From assembly GCF_000497125.1 (NCBI RefSeq), contig NC_090597.1, positions 124,001 to 188,000 on the forward strand: a DNA stretch of 64,000 bases, given 5' to 3'. The DNA comes from Spironucleus salmonicida (Eukaryota). Of the stretch, positions 50,456 through 63,590 are shown in pieces (positions within the stretch are counted from its first letter, which is position 1; each line of letters opens with the position of its first letter). The notes beneath the pieces are model-generated. The model saw only the letters and a program-made list of their open reading frames with translations, was not told the origin of the DNA and did not search any database. The translations under genes were made by a program, and so were the position numbers.

Positions 50456-52708
50456 TATTTCTCTTGCGCCTTTTAATGCTACAGAAATTTAGATTTTGCA
50501 TAATTTAAAAATTATTTTGTAAAGCTGTTTTATTATAATTAAAAAGTTCATTTCAAAGTGTATTTAGGCTACAGCGGGTCGTGAGAAATATGAGCTCGTA
50601 TGCGATTGTGTTTCAACGGTCTGCAATATGAAAATAATTCAATGGTATGAACTTTCAAATTCAATATGGCGTTTTATGTATTTGAATCATTTTTCATACC
50701 AATAAGTGAAACTCTAATATTAAGAAAATCCTGACGTCGCAATAAATGCTATGCAAATAAATTGAATAAGAACTAAAATAATATAACAAAAATATAATTA
50801 TCAATATTAAAATACGATAGCAGAAACCTAATCTTATACGTTTAATAAAAAATAATCCTAGTTACGATAATACATATTTTCTTAAATAACAAGTAAAATA
50901 AATATAAAATCTAAACTATAAAATAGTATAATAGAATAATAAATCTGTCAAACTCTAAACTCAATCGCAATACATTTAACATATAAATGATAAATATAAT
51001 AAGCAAAACATTAGCAAAGAATATTTAAGATAGAGTAATAAGCCTCCATCAAAAAAAGAGTAAAATGATATTTATCCGTGTCCGAAAGGCTAAATTTCTT
51101 TATGGTTCGTAACAGAATAATGAAATTATGATGTGTTTTTTTGAAACCATAAATGATCTTTTAGCATTTTTTGATTATGACTTAGTTCTTCAGGGTTATA
51201 TCTAAATGTTAAACTGATTATTCTCTTACTAATGGTATATTACATTCACATACTACCAAATAAGTATTAGGTATATTATTGATGTAGTTATAGACGTGTT
51301 AGCTACGGTTGGTCGAATTGCAGGCTTTGTGGTTATATGTTCATCGTCAAGAAAAAACAACGACCACTTTTAATTAATCATATCAAAAGTTCAATAGTTA
51401 AAATATCTAGTTAGTTGATGCTGATTCAACTAAAGTATGGGGAAAAATAAATTATAATAACTTCATTGTATACTTTTATTTTATTCTACCCGGTGTAATA
51501 ATCTTTATCATACTTAGGTTACCAAAAAAGTATAATCAATAATTAGTTTGGTGCTAAATATCAGAAAATGATGCAAATATTATTATTGTGGAGTATTTAC
51601 ACCCGTATAGAACCGCATTAACACGTTTATTTGAATTCAAATTTCTGCTCGCAAGTTCTAATTCTCTTTAACCCATTGAAGTAGCAGGCAGTAACCCGGA
51701 GTTGGGTCAAGAAATGGAGGGTTTGGCAGTATAGTGATGCCGCGGTGATACAGTTACCTGCCATTATGTGGCATTTTATATTAGGCATAACAGTAAATTG
51801 TAGCATTTAGCAATTTTAGGATTCGCGTTTTGGAGCGTGTCTTGTTAATGAGTTGCTTAGATTGTACCAAGTAAACTGATGAAAATTAGCATTTTCATAT
51901 AAGTAGGGCTGTGTATAATCATAAATTCACGGCTAGCAAGGACTTCGAGGTTGTAGGTTTTAAGGGTTATTCGGTAGAGTCAAGAAAAATCAGTTTGCTA
52001 GGTATAGCAGACGTGTGTTGCTGGACGTGGAATACTAGAATATGGGATATTCTAAAATAGGTAAGAGTCTTGCTAGGGTGCTGGCAGGATGGAAGTGGGT
52101 TTGCATTCTATGTGATTGTGCTGGCCATGCACAGGATGGTTTAATGCATTTTGCTTAGTATAAGAATACAATTTACTTAGGGGTCCTGGTAACATTCCTT
52201 AATTCCTAGGAATGATATTCAAAGGTATTCCATTCTATATTAGATATCAGTTAATACTAGAGATACTTCATGCAAATGATAATTTAATATTAATTATATA
52301 TTATATTAAAATAACTTATTTGTTAATTTAGAAGAGAATGAAATCTACCTAATAGTAGAGCTACCTAAAAGGAATAGTATCCATTAAGCAGGGAATATCA
52401 ATAATGAAATTTCATGTCATTTAAAATAATTCAGCAACATAGAAATAATACATATTGCTTAATGGTATTTGCAGTCTCAATATCGTTTTATTAAAGATTC
52501 GTAAACCATTTCTAGCTGAGTTTTGAAATTTTATTTAGAAAAATACCTTTACTTAAGTTAATAGTCAGTAATATCAAATTCAGTCTATATCCAGGATAAT
52601 TTAAATTAATAATGGTAACAATGATAGAATTGATTTCTGAAAAATCAATTAATAAATTTCACATATTTTGAAGACACTAGAATATTAATGTGCAAAATCA
52701 AATAATTT

Positions 52709-54550
52709 TCACTTCTTCGCCTTCTTGATGAAGTAATACGTTAGAACTCCACCGGCACCACCAGCTACCACTAAAACAGCAATCACAATTTTCGTCACCG
52801 TGCCTCCTGAGAGGCTCACATACTCCTTTCTGGTGGAGAAGCAGAAGGCTCCAGTCTGTTCAGCCCCATCATCGCATTTTTAACATTCATCAGATTCAAA
52901 TTTATATCCAGGCAGGCAGGAACCGCACTTTGTGTTATTATGATTACAGATGAGACAGTTCTTCGCATTTGTACACTTGCACTCAGTTGTCTGGACTTTA
53001 TCTCCACATGTAGCAGCCGAATCACCAATGCATGCATTCCCCTCTGCTAATACTGTACCACAATCAGTCTGACATGTTTAGTGAATAGTAATCTGGTGAC
53101 CAACCTAACATGTATCACACACATCAACTCCCTTGGAACAAGTAGCACAAGTATCGTTGCATTTCTCGCAGACAATTCCCATCATCAGATACCCGTCATC
53201 ACAAATCTAGCATGTACCATCATCAGCCTTTTTATATCCAATAATGCAAGTTCCACATTTTGATTTATTAGAAGCCTCACAAGTAGCACAGTTAACTGCT
53301 TCACCGCACGTGCACTTTTCGGAATTCTTTCCATCACACTCAGTGCAGGTTCCGTCTTAGTTAAAAAAGCCGTCCTTGCAAATTTTACAATAATTTTTAT
53401 CACCGTCACAGTTCACGCAGTTGTTGGGACATGATGAACATTTACCTCCATCTAAGATAAAGCTAGACTCGCACGTCAGGCACGTAGCTACAGAGCCCTT
53501 GCACGTTGCGCAGTTTCCGGTGCAATCTTTGCAGATCGTATCGCAGATTTGGTTAGATTTGCATTCAACCCTGCTGGAGCACTGTTTTATGCATTTATTT
53601 TCTAGTATCGAAAAGCCATCTTTGCACACCGTGCAGGTGTCTTTTTTGCCTGGGCAGGTCTTGCAGTTTGCGTCATCGCAGACTACGCACTTTCCACCTT
53701 TGAGAAAAAATCCGTTCGCGCAAGAGGTGCAAACGGAATTCGAAGTACAGTTTATACAGTTAGCAGAGCAAGCTGTGCAAGTATCACTCCCTGCATCGGT
53801 CCCCTTGAAAAATCCTGGCAAGCAGCTTCCGCAAACGCCAGAATTGCTAGCACCGCATGTTGTGCAATTCTCGGCCATGCCGCACTAGCACTGTTAGTTA
53901 AGATTTTCAGCACATGCAGTACAGGTATTGTTGCTCAGACTGTAGTTATTTTTGCAGAGTTCGCAGGTATCTTTACTTGCAGCGCAATTCGAACAATTCG
54001 TAACTGCGCATGGTTAGCAGGCGGTACCCTAGAGTCTAAAACCAGAATTACATTTTTTACAGGTGTTAAGTTATCCGTCGCAGTTATCGCAATTACGAGC
54101 GGTGCAATGTCTGCATGAAGTACCTACAAGCGCATAACCCTTAGAACAGTTCGTACAATTAACTAACGAACCCACACAACTCGTGCAAGCACTAAAGCAG
54201 GTCAAGCAGAATGTATTGCCACAAATCTGGTTGCTGGCGCAGTCGGACTTAGATGTGCAGGGCGTAACGCAAATATCCCCTCTCGGTCGGTCCCCTTCCC
54301 TGCAACTTGTACAGGTATACTGAGAAGTTGCGCAAGTAAGACATGTGGGGTCGCAGTAGTTACAAGTTTTGCGGGTCGTAAGGTACATTCCAGCACGGCA
54401 AGTTTTGCAAATTGTGTTATCAGCAGAGGTACCTGAGCACGTGAGGCATTCATACTTGCATGGTAGGCAATCAGTGCTGGTCGTAGTTGAGTCTGGGCAG
54501 AAACTGTTCCCTGTGCAGTTGTTAGTAGAGCCAGAGCACGTGCCTAGCAT
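52709..54550 (-). CDS. CRMP1-type cysteine-rich membrane protein, 613 aa
   Basis: MLGTCSGSTNNCTGNSFCP..; continuous frame in code 6; TM followed by terminal KKAKK*, the [KR][KR]x[KR][KR] tail described for Spironucleus CRMP1. Confidence 0.92.
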
Positions 54551-55482
54551 TTTAAGTTTTGTGGGTTTCGCTATAATAGTTATATATGAGTATGTGTAGT
54601 ATTGTTAAGATTTTGTTTTTATAATTAACTTATTATAAATTGTATAGTTAAATTTTAATATCCAAATTTAGAATTAATAGCGTGATTTAAATAAGGATAA
54701 ATATAATATATAAAAAGTAATTAATAGATTTTAGAGGATTTTGAAACATATGCTATAATTAATATTTAATACTTTAATATACATTTTACTTTTATTAAAT
54801 TTAGTATTTCTAGTTTGATAAAATAACAATATTTGCATTTTTCATAAAAATATATTTACTTTAATTGGTAATAGGTAGTAGAAATATATTATTAATTAAA
54901 TTAATCAAATTGTTGAAAATTGATAAATCAATTCATTTCTATTTAAAAAACTATATCAATATTAAGGTTACTTAAATATTTTAGTATTTAAGAATCTTAA
55001 AGCTTTAAATACGTTCATGTTGAATAGGATACAATATTGGAAACTGATATTTTATATAATAGTATTGTTTTATATTCTCACCCATTAGTTGAAAATGAAG
55101 ATTATATAAATTTAATGTTTTGAATAGTGTAAACCTATACCCAAAAATTACCTTAAGGCGTGATTATTGTACTAAAAAGAGTATTATACTCATACATGTT
55201 ACGCTAAACCGTCCAATGGTGCTATTTCTATAATCTCAAAATATTAACACAATAGTATAATTAGTAAAGTATATCCTATAAACAACTTAACTTATTATAA
55301 TATATTTTGAAAAAGTTAAGAAAACTTCCCAGATGTCTAGCATTTGACTAGGAACCTACTAGAAGCCTGGATTTGACATTATAACCATTAATTTAAATCT
55401 TATTGTTTGTAACTTAGATATATATTAAAAATAATAATTTAGAAACTGTACATAATGAAATACTAATGTGTAAAAAATACGT

Positions 55483-56190
55483 TCACCTCTTTCCTTTCTT
55501 GATGAAGTACTACGTAAAACAGCCGCCAACACCCCCTACCACCACCAACGCACCTATCACACCTATCACACTCCCCGTAACCGCACCGCCGGAGAGGTCC
55601 CCAGCCTCCTTGCTGGTTACCAAGCAGAAAATTCAAGTTTAGAATAACCATCTTCGTAATTTTCGCATTTTTCAGATTCAAATTTATATCCAGGGAGGCA
55701 GGAAGCACACTTAGTCTTACTATCATTACATGTGAGATAATTTTCAAAACCTGCAAACTTGCACCCCTCTATCTAGATTTCGCCTCCACACGATGCAGCA
55801 GTCAAAGTTCCAACGCACATGACTTGCCCATTTGATTAGCTGCAGAAACCGTGTATTTACCTCCGGGTATGAAATTCCCATTCGCTCAAACACCGTATTT
55901 GCTTATATCAGTAGAATCGCACGTCTAGCAGGTATGCGATGTTCCGGAGGCGCATTTCATGGTGTCTTAGTAAATGCAGGCAGAGCGATTTATAGCGTCC
56001 CGATTCGTTCAGATTTGACAGGAATTTTATGCGGTGCAGTTTAAGCATTTTGCAGAATTTTTGTCTCTCTTTTGCAGGTTGAGCATTATGATATGCAGGC
56101 GAGGCAGGTCGTATTATCAGTTGATACATGCTATGGGTAGAAGAAAGCTTAAGCGCAGGAAATTGTATTTGAAGCATTTTATCAGTTTGA
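55483..56190 (-). pseudogene. Decayed CRMP1-type gene
   Basis: 3' end LSGGAVTGSVIGVIGALVVVGGVGGCFTQYFIKKGKR*; upstream CASCLPGYKFESEKCENY with frameshifts and Cys>Tyr changes. 5' limit approximate. Confidence 0.7.
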
Positions 56191-56612
56191 TATTTTTTGG
56201 ATGTGAAAATGTGAATAGGTTATAAGTTTGAATAATAATGAGAATTGGTGGTATCGTGTTTTTTGGTTATTGAAGTATACGTGCAATAGGTAAGTGAAAA
56301 TAGCGGATGGGAAAAAGTTTGCGATAGGTATGGAAATTGATATTATATAATGTACGTTAATCAATAAAATTTTACATAAACTAGTAGTAGGTACTAGCCA
56401 CTCGCAGGCTCAAGGTTTGGCAAAAAAATAGTTTTAAAATTTTCAAAACCATCAAAACGCCAGGCATTATTATTTACTAATCAATAAATAAATATTAATC
56501 GATTTATTGCTATAAGGCCATCCAGTAATCATTGATTTCCATTAACTTAACCTGCTCATGGATTGGAGCGCAACACACCGTCTCATATACATACAAAAAA
56601 GTAAAAAAAGTT

Positions 56613-57729
56613 TCACATTCCACACCATGTCAACGTTTTGGTTACTATCTAAAATCGATTATCAACCAACTTGATGAGATCTTTTCGTTTATTATTTTTC
56701 AAAACTCTATTAATTAATTCTTATAAATAAATCTTACATACTTTAGATGAAGTTGAATAGTTCTCTTACAGAATCGTATCTAAAATAACCATCGTGTTGT
56801 ACAGTCTGACGTCGACCTATTTCTTGCCTTTAAAACAATACTCTGATAACGCTACAACTTATTCAACCATATCATACAATAGCCTGTCTGTTAATTTTAA
56901 CGAAATATATCTTGCCATTAGTATTTTCCTATAATGTCCAAACTTAGCATTGTTACTATCATCCTCAAACTTTAATAAAACTGATTGCATATTATTAGAA
57001 TTAACTTGACTGAAGTTTAGTTTAATTGGAGGTTCAACATCATAACTTTTTAGAAGTACTTCAGTATTCTTGATAACCTCTTATGAGTAGTCTTCTAAGG
57101 TATCTTATTTTTATAGAACTGATATCGCTTCTTTGTAAGTTGGCTTTGATTCTTGCTCTTTAACTACTGCTTATCTATTCATTTTATTTATAAAAAAAAG
57201 ATTTCTTTAAAAAGATATGTTATAATTATTATTCTTGGACCCTTTTGGATCCGGAAGACATAGCATACCATATTATTAAAGAAAGTATATTTAGTTATTC
57301 AAAAATACAATTCTATTGAATGTTGTTCAATATTTGAAATAGCTTTAACTTCAGATTTAGATAGTAAATATTATACTTATAGTATGATCCAAATTTGCAT
57401 GTTTCTATCTTATTAATTATTATATACTTACTATAGTCTTGATTAGTTTTAAGTACATTAAGGGCATGATAATAAATCTATTGTTCAAGTTGTTAAGGCA
57501 GTACTTCTATTACTTCTTTATCTTTATTAATTAATCTTATTTATTCAACTTTGCTACATACCTTATTACTTACGAATTTATATTTAGGGTTAGCTTTAAT
57601 ATTTATTGATAATGGTTCATTATTTACTATTAGTTCGATGAAGGCTAGCTCATCGATGTTATTTAATTCTTTTAATACTTTTTCATTTAAGAACTTAACT
57701 ATTTTATTACATATTAAAAGATGACTCAT
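56613..57729 (-). CDS. Hypothetical: two overlapping ORFs (57729-57061, 222 aa; 57182-56613, 189 aa), possibly one frameshifted gene
   Basis: Both frames are TGA-free in code 6 (MSHLLICNKIVKFLNEK..; MNRQAVVKEQESKPTYKE..); no motif recognised. Confidence 0.4.
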
Positions 57730-57864
57730 ATAAATTTTAAAAATAAAAAATTCTAATCACTTAACCTATATATCAAAATTTATGAATATTATTGGGTCTG
57801 GTTAAATAATTATATCTAAAAAATAATATTTTTACACTTATAATACAATATAAAAGCATAAACT

Positions 57865-60045
57865 GAAATACTATAGTATATATATCATAATTTTTAATTT
57901 GTTGCAAATAAATTTTTTTTCTAAAAGTATGTCTTAGGGTCCTAAGTGTCAGCTCTATTTTTCCATTTACATTTAATACATAGTTGTTGTATTAAAAGGA
58001 TGTAATGCTGTAATACAGAGAGTTTTAACAGTATTTATTTTTAATTTTTCCTATAATTATAGATATTTTTATAACAAGTACTACCATGCCAAAGACTGAA
58101 GACCTCTTTATTAAAAAAAATCTAATTTAAGCATATTAAATAAATCACTTCAAATTATTTCTTATTTCTACAGCAACATTGTAAACTTTCTTTTTCATGA
58201 ACAAAAATGTGCCGACACAAACTACCCCTACAACTATCACTACAGCTATTATTATTCCTGTGATAGCACCACCACCCAACGTATTTATAACTGGTGGATC
58301 AGAGTTTTCAGACAACCAGCACATTTGACTACGTAATTTGTATCCATCCTCGCATTTTGCACATTTGCCACTTGAGTCAAATTTCCAATGCGGCAAACAC
58401 ATTTAGCACTTGTCCTAGGTTTGATTACAAGAAGCACAATTTGAAGCTTTCCCACATTTGCACTCTGATGTCAGACCTTCACCACAAGCCGTTGGAACAC
58501 CATCTTTGCAGTAATTTCCGTTTTAAATATTTTAGCATTTCTTAGTGCATTATCCTTCTACCGTAATGATAGATATATCAGGATTGCAGAAATGGCAAGT
58601 TGTACCTGAAGAGCACTTCACACAATTTTCAATGCAAGATTAACAAATTTATGTAGCTGGATTACAAAAACCTTATCCGATGTTCAGACAACCATCTGAA
58701 TTTTCACAGGATTACTCACAATTGCCTGTCTATGGGTGCTTTTTGTAGCCATTGGAGCACGTAATACAAGAATTCCTGTTTTCACATATATCGCAGTCTA
58801 AAGGACAGTATTCACATTTGTTATTTTATAAAAATGTTTAAGGCATGCATTTAGAGCACTGTTTCCCCTTACATTCTTGGCAGTTGTATATGGGTGTATT
58901 GGCTTCACAGTAACAACCTTAACCAAAAAACATACCTTCAGAGCATGGCTTACAATTTACGGTTCTTGAGTCTTCTGCAGGGCAGAAATGTCCAGCCTTG
59001 CAGGTGAAGACTTTATTTGAGCATGTACCAGTTTCTGTCATTTTCTGAAAATAGAACTTTGAAATATATTATAATAAACTTGATCTAAATGATGGTATGG
59101 ATTTTAGTTTTTAAGCAGCAATAATATTATATTAATTATAGTAATATATAATTATTAAATCACAAATTTGAGATACTCATGCAAAAATAGATTATATTAA
59201 TATAAATGGTTATATTTAAATATTAAATTATTACTGAAACTTGATAAATTAGCATATATCTATCTAATAAACCCTTTCAGTTTAGCAGAGTTACTATTTA
59301 ATGAATTGTTAGTTTATATATAATTCATGTTAACTTTAGTAAACATAATTTGTGGATTCATTTTGTAATTATTATATCCATACTGTAATTTAAAAATTTG
59401 TTATACTTATTTTATTATTATAATATGTTTTGATTAATTCTAAATAATGAAACAATTGGATATATGTTGATTGAATAATTTCTAACGCAATTATACTGTC
59501 ATTCAATAACAATACTTAGTAGAATGAGTTAAAGATGCAATTTTCCAGCAATTTAATAAATAGCTAGATTATATCCATTAAGAAAAAATAAATTAGTTAA
59601 AATATAAATTTCATACTTTATCAGAAATTCAATGAGCATAAAATTTATTTCTCGCTGATTTGCGTTACATCTGGATGTAACTTGCTTATTCCAATGAATT
59701 TTATACGAATAAACTAGGCTTTGGGGTTACATTGAATTTTCAGCATCTATTGTATTAATATATAATTGAGCACAAAATAGTCTAGTATAAATGACACAAA
59801 ATAATTGCATAATACCTTTAAATTATCATATACTATTTTAAAATTTGCGTAATTAGTATTTAGTATATTTTATGAAAACAATTAGCAAATAGCTATAAGT
59901 TTTAATTAATAGCTGCTATCCTACAACAATATAGTAGGAAATCGAACAGAGAGAAGCAAAAAGGTGATAATCAATTTTAGTCTCAAAAACCAATTATGAA
60001 CAATTTATGTTAACAAAACATAAAAGCTCGCACATTACTTTTCAT
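57865..60045 (+). repeat. Diverged direct duplication, second copy
   Basis: Alignable to ~48350-50455. Confidence 0.8.
58145..59041 (-). CDS. Small CRMP, 298 aa
   Basis: MTETGTCSNKVFTCKAGHFCPAED..; same tail as the 48607 gene (KKKVYNVAVEIRNNLK*); no in-frame TGA. Confidence 0.9.
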
Positions 60046-60443
60046 TTGACCCATTCACAAGGAACCATTTTCATTGTTATAGAGAATGATGCTACCTGTT
60101 TATAAGTATCTATAGTTACTGTGTATGTTAAAAAATCTTCAATAATTAATAAAAATATACAGTATCTTAATTAGGTGAATCGAATTTCTAAGTTACAGTA
60201 AATTCATTTGGCGATAGAAAAGCATTTAAAGTATACTAAAAACGGAATGTTAAAATCTATATTATTTTATATAATTAATCAAATATTTTTATAAACCAAA
60301 ATGAAGAGGATCATTCAGATATAGAATTATAGTAAGAACTTAGACATATTTACAAGTGAATATAAGAGCAATAATATTGGATAAGTTTGATTATATTTAT
60401 CCATCAAAGGTAAATGATTTATTATTATTAATTTGTTAAATGA

Positions 60444-63400
60444 ATAATAAATCTAACTCAAGTCATTATAATATAAGTATTGACTTTAAATAATATATAA
60501 TTATTTATTGATAAAAATATAGACAATATTAGTATTGCTATATTCATTAAAATTTATGTCACTGAAGTAAAAATTGTTTAGATAAATCAAATTAGTATGG
60601 TGTATTTTTGTAATTCTTATCATGAAATACCAAACAATAATAATAGTTTTTAATATTAATATTATAAAAAGAAATTATATCGCACACCAGATGAAAAATA
60701 TAAGACTAAACATAATATAGTTAATTACGAATTTCAAAAATGTTTATATTGTAAAACCATTCATAATTTTAAAACGAAATGTTTATAGTAATTAAATAAT
60801 GAAATATTTTATTTTAAAGAATGCTAATTACAAATATAATAAAAATCAAACTTAACTTGGGACATAGAAAGCTTGGTTGATAACATTTCAGAAGTATTAC
60901 AAGATAAATATTCACTGTAACATTTACCATTTTTGGTAACATGGAATATACTTGTATATGACAAAAAATAAAAATCATATAAATGAGCATAATATATTTA
61001 TGCTATTAATCTTAGATTAAAAGAGCCAGGTAATTATTTATTATTAACATCAATAATGAAAATAGGCCAACAGTGCAATATTTTATAAGTACATAGCAAC
61101 AATAACCTACTAAATTTGAAAATAAGCGATATAGAATTTAAAAATTCTTTTGCAATTATACCAGCACCATTAGCAAAATTAAATAAATATCTATCTTTAA
61201 ATCTTGCAATTGGGAAACAACTGTAATCATACATATTTCAAACTAAAGAGTTACTTGCGATATATATTTAAAATGGACGTAAATTCAAAATAATAAAAGA
61301 ATTAATAGATAAAAATATACTTCAGCCAAAACATTTAAAGAACTTATCAAATGATGAATTTAATTAATACGTAATTGCCTATATAGATATTAATTTTATT
61401 GATTAGTATATAAATTATTGTATTCAAGATAGCTTTATTTTGAGCAAAGCAGTCGATAAATAAAATACCATTTTAGTTCAAGAATAAGGTGTAAATATTA
61501 TTAATTATTTAAATGGACCATCAATGGCGATGAATATATTTATAAATTTCGCTAATACTGATATTTAAAGTGGATATTATTATTAAAAACATAATAAATC
61601 ATATATGAGCATCGATTATCACAATTAATTAAATCATATAAATAACGAAATATTGAAATGGTGTTTAAATTATTAAATATAAATTTTAAGAAAATATCAA
61701 ATGCTTTGATCGATTAAAAATTTGATGGAACGAGATATAATATTGACAAAGTATTTACTGCGGATAACAAGAAATACGATCTGGAATTATACAGAATATT
61801 TGATCACGAACTAAAAGAATTACCTGAAATTGATAAATATTACAAATTATAATGAAATGTAAAATAATCTCACGACAAAAAATTAGATTTATTAGACATA
61901 ATGTAGTTTAATGCCTTCGAAAATATGTTCCATGTAACAGATATTGATTTTATCAAATTTTAAAAAGTCAACAATATATAATTTGCAATACCTAAAAAAT
62001 TCAACATTACTAATAGATCAATTTTAGCTGCCTGAAGAACTGAATGTTTGACACATTACAAGGAAATAAATAAAATCATACATATAATCTACATAATTTA
62101 GTTTATATCTCTATACTAATTTTGAATGTTATTCAGAGATTTACCTTTAAGAGATTTAGCTGTTGGAAGTCTATCTGGCAACACTGTTTATATTTCACAG
62201 CATCATAAGCAATCTAAGATTTCTTAGTATAAATTTAAAATGAATTTTAATATATAGACAACTTAATTAGATATGTACAGTTAATTAAATATGTTGAAAT
62301 ATAAATGCAATAAAAATTTACAGCTGAAGAAAAATTATAATTCTTCTAATAGGTAGTCACAATTATCAAAGAATAATTGAAATCAAATATTAAATGATAC
62401 CAATTTAAAAATTAACATATCCCGTTTTAGGAAGTATTATTTGCAGTAAATTATTATTCCTTCTTTGCAGATCATACTCGAAATAGAAATATTTGGCGAA
62501 ATATACGAAACACATACTTACTAAACTACAAGGTTTAACGAAAAAAATTATAAAGGTGTTTTTTTATAAAATCATAGATGTTTAGCAAAACATTAAATTC
62601 AGATTAAGCTGATTACACAAATGAATACTTTTTAGAATAATTAACAGAAGATTGTAACTTTGATTATAAATATGTTGACGGAATAGCTTACATAAAATAA
62701 AAATATTATCTGGAGTTTATAGAAATCAAATTACATTAAGTGATAAAGACGTTTTATAAATTATTATTAAATACAACTTATGGCAAAATAGAATAGAACG
62801 TTATAAGACCATCAGTATCATTTGATAGAGGTGATTTTGCATTTAATAAATATGATGAATAATTGCACAAAGATTGCAAGATATAAATAATTGGTTAAAA
62901 CATGTTTAAGAATAATTATAGTTACGAAGAATAATTATAGCAAGCACAAATATCTTAATCAAACACATCTTTCGCAGGAAAAATTAATTCTGTCGCAAGA
63001 ACAATGTTGTATACTTTAATCTGCTTTGTAGTAGCAAATTACCATTCATTAGCTCGTAAAGCAGCAGAGGTGAGTTTCAGAAAAACTATCACAATTTTAT
63101 CATTAGGTTTTCGCAAACAATAAAATCACGACACCTTTATCAAAACTCAATTAGCTGTTTTATAAAATACTCAATTGAAACTTACTACCAGTAAATTATT
63201 GTGAACTATATCATTCATAGTTGATACCAAAAGTATCATCTGCTAAATCAAGAATAGAAATGCTATCAAGTCTGATCAAAGAGCAAAATGTTGTTTAAGT
63301 TATGCTATGTAAAGCCAAAAAAAGATGAAATAAAAAATAAATACAAGTATGTTTTAACGGTTAATGAGGTGTCCAAACTAATTACTCACAATGATATAAC

Positions 63401-63590
63401 AGTAAATTTAGAAGTGGGACAATAATATAATTAACCGTTTAATGCTGTCAGTGGTTGAGCCAGTATATTTGGTAAACTTGGTTCCGTAGTAGAGCCAATC
63501 GCAAGGCAGTTAGCATACTTGTAGAATGTTAGTTATAAACTAATAAATTCTGTAATCTTATACTCTTTTAAAAATAGTAATTATTGAAAA
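60444..63590 (+). mobile_element. Decayed protein-primed family B DNA polymerase (Polinton/Maverick-, virus- or linear-plasmid-type relic)
   Basis: In order (code 6): CLYCKTIHNFKTKC (60741), ExoI-like TWDIES (60855-60872), ExoII-like YIYAIN, IEFKNSFAIIPAPLAKL (~61131), ExoIII YCIQD (61416-61430), RSILAA*RTE (62015-62044), motif A-like QFISLYQF*M..LP (62099), motif B YKLLLNTTYGK (62755-62787), SFAGKINSVARTML (62968), motif C-like IIHS/DTKSII (63210-63240). Multiple TGA and frameshifts; limits approximate. Confidence 0.8.

Noticed and set aside
56613-57729. Assigning this ORF pair (or 34161-34970) to the PolB element as capsid or ATPase genes
   Set aside because: No Walker A, integrase or capsid motif recognised, and a host CRMP duplication separates them from the polymerase relic.
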